DNA of 64,000 nt from Eukaryota sp. TZLM1-RC (Eukaryota; Protista; Metamonada: BaSk clade), in NCBI GenBank assembly GCA_040285825.1, contig JAUPSS010000008.1:372001-436000 (forward strand), given 5' to 3'. The notes below the pieces were generated by a model, which had not been told where the DNA came from, searched no databases, and worked only from the letters and a program-made list of their open reading frames with translations. Made by a program: the position numbers and the translations under genes. This document shows, piece after piece, positions 57,516 to 64,000 of this stretch; the first letter of the stretch is position 1, and every line of letters starts with the position of its first letter.

Positions 57516-60191
57516 GTGTTGCTTAAGCAGGTTCAATGAAAAAGCTAAAAAGATTTTATTACCCTTTCAATATGGTATAAATACTACAGATGGAGTCTCT
57601 TCAGCGATTTTTGCTACTGATGCCTTATTTCGTCAAAATGAATTCAATGTTTGCATGTCATTGGATTTTAGTAATGCTTTCAATTCACTAAGTCGTCGCA
57701 GTATCCATGGTGCTCTATTGCAATATATGCCGGAATTAATACCATATTTTCAATCAACTTATTGCACATATTTTTAGCTACCTTTTATTTATTGAATTTG
57801 CACACTTGATTAAATTAAATCATAACTAATGGGACGACTATCATTAAACCAAGATTTCCTCTACAAAATCTTGACTTGCTTGCTGTCTAGCTAAAGCTTC
57901 TCTAATTCAATTGGAAAACCGCGGTAATCTATTAATTATGGCAAATTGAATCCGTGAACGCCATAAAAAAATATCAAATCTTTTCATTGTTTTTTCTTTC
58001 ACCATTTTTTGGAAGTCATTCAAAAAAGTTTCTGCTTCAACTGATAATCTTCCATTTATCGAAAATGGGAAAGCAATAAAAACCAGCTGTGTATTTCTAT
58101 CAACATTTGCATCTTCAATTTCTTTATCATATTTTCTATGTTTTTCTTTTGCTTTAAAATCCAGAGCAGCCACAGGATTAAGTTTTCTTCTGTGAACCAA
58201 AGTATCGTTTGCAACATTACATGAGACAAAGTCAACAATAGCTTCAGAATTATCAATCCAATCACAGTATACATCACCTCTATCATCAGAACCAAAATTA
58301 TTCAGAGAAAGTGTTTCCTTCAGCAGGGGCTCTTTGCACATATTCTAATTTACATTTTGGTAACAACATTTTGAGTTCATCAAGTGGCGTAAAGCAAGGA
58401 GATCCGTTAGGACCTCTTTTGTTTTGTTTGGCCATCCATCCTATTCTACTGCAAATTCAAGAGATGTTTCCTTCACTAAGAATGATTGCATATATGGATG
58501 ATGTTGTGCTTATTGGTGATTTAAATATTGTGAAAAAAGCAACTGTATGTTTTAAAGAATTATTTACCAAAATTGGTCTCCGACTTAATTTACTTAAATG
58601 TGTTTTGTTATCGAATTCTCCAGTTTCCACAATAATTGATGATATTGAAATTCAAGCCAAATTATATTCAATTGATGCTATTCGTCATTTGGGTTCGTTT
58701 TTAGGAAATAATGATGAAATTACCAAAAAATTGTTTGAAAAGTTGAACTCAATTTCTGACAAAATTGGCCGAATGATGAATTTAGATATCAAAAAACACA
58801 TCAAATTTACCATTATAAGACTGTGTTTTAGTTCCAATTTTAATCATATATTTCGATCTACAAATCCTCTCGTCACTAGACCTTTGGCTCAAAAGTTTAA
58901 TGAGTTACGTGCAAAAGTTTTGTCGCAATTATTAGGATATAAACTGTCCCAAATTCCAGATCATGCTTACCTTAGTCCACATTAGGTGGTTTAGGGTGGA
59001 CGAAGGCTTCTATTCTTACCTCGTGTGCTTTTGTTGGTGGATGCAGAAATGCAATCTTTGAGTTTTCCGAAAGATTTGCAGATTGGGAAGATTTATTGAT
59101 GACAACGCAAAGTTCCACTGTTTTTGCATTAAATGAAGAAATTTCAAGAATTGATGTAGAAAAATGGGGTCGATGTTTTCCCCAATCATTCAATGGCAGC
59201 ATTCCAGAAACAAATGTTTTAAATTTGAAGTACACTCTTCGAACATTACAGAAAAGATTGACTGGAATGTATGAAAAAGATCTTTATAATAATATTTGCA
59301 GCTCGGCTGTTTTAAATCAAGATCTTCACTCATTGTTATTGGAAAAGGGTGTTTGTGAAAACAAGGCGTCAGATTCTTCACTGTTTGTCACCATTGTACC
59401 ACGAAGATTTGGATTGTGTGCCACTAATGAAGCATTTGTAACAAAAATGAGATTATATTTGAACATCCCCATTAACCAATTATTATCAAAAGAAAAATGT
59501 ATTTGTTCGAATTCACCTCAACTCACTTTGCGCCATGCTCTAAATTGCTCTAAATTGATAACTTATCGTTCTTCATTACATGATGCTGTTAGAGACACTG
59601 TTTTCAATATGGCACAAACTGCAAGGATATCGTGTATCAAAGAGCCCCTGCTGAAAGATACACTTTCTCTGAATAATTTTGGTTCTGATGATAGAGGTGA
59701 TGTATACTGTGATTGGATTGATAATTCTGAAGCTATTGTTGACTTTGTCTCATGTAATGTTGCAAACGATACTTTGGTTCACAGAAGAAAACTTAATCCT
59801 GTGGCTGCTCTGGATTTTAAAGCAAAAGAAAAACATAGAAAATATGATAAAGAAATTGAAGATGCAAATGTCGATAGAAATACACAGCTGGTTTTTATTG
59901 CTTTCCCATTTTCGATAAATGGAAGATTATCAGTTGAAGCAGAAACTTTTTTGGATGACTTCCAAAAAATGGTGAAAGAAAAAACAATGAAAAGATTCGA
60001 TATTTTTTTATGGCGTTCACGGATTCAATTTGCCATTATTAATAGATTACCGCGGTTTTTCAATCGAATTAGAGAAGCTTTAGCTAGACAGCAAGCAAAT
60101 CAAGATTTTGTAGAGGAAATCTTGGTTTAATGTTAGTCGTCCCATTAGTTATGATTTAATTTAATCAAGTGTGCAAATTCAATAAATTGAA
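57516..60191 (+). mobile_element. 5'-truncated CRE family A copy with a nested antisense family A copy
   Basis: TSD aatgattctc at 57506-57515 and 60192-60201; RT (58334-58985) and RLE (59096-60130). Confidence 0.92.
57773..58333 (-). mobile_element. Short CRE family A 3' fragment inserted antisense into another family A copy
   Basis: TSD ttgcacatatt at 57762-57772 and 58334-58344. Confidence 0.9.
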
Positions 60192-61571
60192 AATGATTCT
60201 CCCAAAACGCTTTTATTCCATGATTCTCTGGTTCAACATCCCATTTAAACACCCACAAACTTATCTTCAGTGATAAATGTTACTTCATATACCCCTGCTA
60301 ACGAGGTTAAGCCTCATCTAGATTGTCCCAAGTGTGCAATCAAACTGTGGAGGAAGAGTACGATGAATTAACTAGTTGCAAACGTCTAACCTTTAAATCA
60401 CATAAGAAGACAAAATGTTTTGTCTCTTCCACACACATTTAGTAATTTTAAAGAGCTGCAGAAGTTGACGAATCATCATTGCGTCAGCCTATTGAAGCGA
60501 TTGACCATTGAACACATTAGATATATTTGAATAATGTAATATAATATTATAATAATAGTGGAAACAGATTGTTTTTATTGGGGACTCTACACAGTATAAC
60601 AACATGAATCAAATAAACTAAGAGACTAAAGAAACTAAAAAACAGTAACGCCGAAGCCTCGTTCAATGTTATGTAATAGAAAGCTGAGATTGGGTTCATA
60701 TCGGTTAAATCAGAAAATTGTACAACTTCGTAATAGATTTGGCAAGAGAAAACTAATATCTAAAGTGTTCTAGCTCAAAAATAAAGCTCAAAAATCGTCG
60801 CTCGCGTTGTCTCAGAGTTACGCGAAAACTTATACTTGAGACTTTTCCATAGAATTAAGTGCATTATTCCAAACTTATTCCAAAAACTTTTATCCTTGAT
60901 GAAATCGTCTACATCTGAAATTGGAGTAGCAAGCTATTGAAGTTCTGCAGTGAAAGAGCATTGCATAATTATCAAAGGAAAAACAGTACCTGTATCGAGA
61001 AGTGTGGTTTAAATGAAAGAAAATAGCTGTTTGAAAATTCCAGTAACTTGTATGTAGTACTTGTGGGCTTCCTGATGATAAGCTTTGGTGGAGGGAGTGA
61101 GAACACGGTTGATAATTAGAGAAGTACTTTCAGGAGAATAAATGATATGGTACAAATGGGTTTAGAATAGAATGTAATGACAACCTCTGCTTGTTGAATA
61201 GAGAAAGGGTAAGCTACAAAAAAGGGTAGCTCTACCTCAAATATTATAGCAGACGAAGAAGTGGAGACAATAGAAATGGGGTGTTCAGAAGAGATTCTTG
61301 CAGGTACAATGCCAAAAACTCCACGATCGTCTAGGAAAAAAATCAGAGATGAGCAATGATTCGTCTGTCAAAAAGATCACTGAAAGTTTTACACTGAAGG
61401 CTGTTGCAAAAAAGAAGAGACCTAGAAGGCCGCAAAAAACACCATCCTTTCAGCTAATCCAATTTAAATATGATCCATCAACTCCATCCCAGGTCTTTTC
61501 AGGACCCTGGGCTTCTAGGAGTAACTCCATCTAACATTGCAATAGCTCCTTAGTATTCTAACACTCTACTG

Positions 61572-64000
61572 ATGGAAGCTATGGCTAGTTCACAGGATAA
61601 AGACAGAGATAGACAAAGATGTGGTCATCCTAAAAAACCCACCCTGGAAGCTAACGATATTTCTGACCCAGTAAGGACCTTGAAATTCATCGACAGCTTT
61701 ATTCTGTATGGTAAGACTGAGAGGACCATTGAAGAAAGAGATATCAATGAATCGGATCCTACTCAAGTCAGACTAGCAAGAGAAGTGTCTGAACTGAGAA
61801 GGCAACTTGAGGAACGTTCTTGTCCTCCTGCCACTCCTCAATCCATTAGCAGAGAAAACCGGAACCTCCCTCTCGACCAGAGATATGGTAACCCCCTCCA
61901 CGAGTGGGATCGATTCAGAGCTGCTGCTCAAGTTGACCCTCGTAGGATTGCCTCTTGTGTTAATCCAGAGTGTTTGGGCGCTCTGAGAGCCCAGGGCAGG
62001 TTTTCGACTACGTCTGATAGTATCTCACCTATCGACAACATCAATGAGGAACAGATATGGGAATCAATTTTACACCTCAGCCAATATAGCACATTGGAAA
62101 CGGCGAGAAATCAGTTATACAGAGTCCAGATGAATTGGAATATTGAGGACTTTAGGAATCGCTGGAACGACTTCACTGTGAGGCTAATGAGAACAGTTTC
62201 ACGAAGCACGGCTATTTCTGACGTCAGGGCAAGCGACCGTGCCTTGTATTGGCAACATTTCCTACAGCGCATTCAAAACTGGGAAATTGCAACCCATATG
62301 ATAGATTCTGTTGGTATTCAGGCCGTCAGTGACAATCTGAGAACTGGATGGTCCACACCCAATGTTTGGCAACACCATACATTACAAAAATTTGTCGACA
62401 TCCTGGCTGCTGAATACATGAGTTGGTGTTCAGCCAGATCCAACGATGAGCAAAGGGCTAACATAAGTGATAGCTATCAGCAACATATGAGTCGCTATGT
62501 TAGAGCAAACCCGAAGGACAAGAAACGAATAGGCAAATTTAAGCCTGCGGGTTCCAGCGTCGCCCCTGCTCATCTTAGCAAAAGGAGCAAGTCGCAAATT
62601 AAGAAAGAAAGAGATAAAGCTGGTCTCTGTAGATTCTGTGGTATTCCAGGCCACACCATAAACGAATGTCCTGACCCTGATTGCCAGCGATCCAAGCAAT
62701 GGCGAGATGCCAACCCAGATGCAGGTCAAACATATTTGGCAAAAAGAAGTAGTAGTAGTAGTAGAGGCAGAAATAGACGCAGAGGAAGAGGCAAGGGCCC
62801 TTCCAGCAGTAATAAACGTGCACATAAATACCCACTGTTTGCTACAGAGCAAGATAGCTCTCCAACAAGCACAACACCAAAAAAAACGTTCCAACAAACA
62901 CTCACTGTTTGCAATAGAGCAAGATCGCTCTCCAACATGTAACACATCAATGAAGCAAACCTCAGTCTCCAACCAGTGGATTAAGTGCTTAATTAATCCC
63001 TTAACTACTCAGAAGCTTAAAACAGCTACAACGATCGAAACACCAAATCAACCCTGTTTCAACCATGAGTTCGACTCGAACCCGGACTCAGAGTCCCATA
63101 GCAATATCTTCCTGGTGCGCACCTCAGATGTCGCACGCAAAAATTTAAAATTGAATTTTTCAATAAATAATTGCGAAATAGAAGGGATCATCGACTCTGG
63201 AGCTTCGATATCAGTCATCACTGTTGACTCAGCAGAGAGATACAACATGGTAAAGACAAACCATTGCATAAACTTTAAGTCTGCAAACAACCTCATGTCA
63301 AAGTCGTTAGGATCAGCAGAAGGCACACTGAGCTTCAGACTCGGTGGTGTAACCCAACAGGTACATGTGAAACATAGTTTGGCCATCATTCCTGACAACA
63401 ACATGTTACTAATTGGTAGAGACCTGTTGCATCATCCAAACTTATTGAACGATGAAGGCCTCTTCATTAAGATGGATGAGGAACATTGTACATTACTTCT
63501 GCCTGAGGCTGAATTCGATCATCGAATCTCCCAAGTTTCAGATGTCGTCAACGTCCCCAGACGTAGGTTGGAGCACATACAGTCTTCTGGTTGCACTATT
63601 AACCGCGATAACGACAAGAAGACTTTACTTCTAACCTTGAAAGAGTTCGAAGAGACATTTACCCTCAAGCCGCATGCTGATGGGATTGACTGTCCTCCTA
63701 TGGAGATCAACTTTCATGATGAAAGTATTCGAGTGAGACGACCCCCTCACAGATTAAACATCGAGAAGCAGAAAGTCGCCGAACAGATCTTCGATGAACT
63801 CGTCGAGTCTGGATTTGCTGTACCATCGAACCATAAGTTCAGTTCTCCAGTATGTCTTGTGGTATAGCCTGATCATCGTAAACCGCGCCGTACTGGTGAT
63901 TACAGCGGCAAATACGGAGTCAACGCCAACACTGTTCCTGCTTAACCTAATCTCCCTAGAATCTCCGATGTTCTAGTCTTCCTTTCGGAAGCTAATTTCA
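61572..64000 (+). mobile_element. Second Ty3/gypsy element (gag, protease, start of RT), runs off the window; 5' LTR not delimited
   Basis: CRFCGIPGHTINEC knuckle; IIDSGASIS protease; HADGID..FSSPVCLVV*PDHRKPR is homologous to the 28-kb pol; in-frame stops. Confidence 0.9.

Noticed and set aside
58311-58985. ORFs 58311-58985, 412-1725 and 54241-54687 as novel fusion genes
   Set aside because: Their N-termini are chance read-ins across insertion junctions
60536-61300. 5' LTR boundaries of the last gypsy element
   Set aside because: The partner LTR is outside the window and several TG starts are possible

Overview
AT-rich eukaryotic DNA, most likely from a flagellated protist. The evidence is 28-33 nt GT-AG introns, CFAP99- and LRRCC1-like genes, and the standard genetic code. 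About a dozen host genes are present: MCTS1, RPL22, CFAP99, ASTE1-like, LRR-coiled-coil, importin-beta, eIF4G, viperin, a bacterial-type beta-class DNA methyltransferase and several unknowns. They sit among densely nested mobile elements: (i) many copies of two CRE-clade RLE non-LTR retrotransposon families with 9-14 bp TSDs; (ii) three related Ty3/gypsy LTR elements; (iii) two internally deleted hAT DNA transposons; (iv) Fanzor1 (eukaryotic TnpB-derived RNA-guided nuclease) sequences. The Fanzor sequences comprise three near-complete decayed elements in two families with structured omegaRNA-like 3' ends, plus fragments of other families. The most notable signals are a Fanzor family copied after losing its RuvC-I aspartate while keeping its 3' RNA hairpins, an intact viperin, and an orphan DNA methyltransferase. 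All assignments come from motif recognition and manual alignment; no database searches were run.
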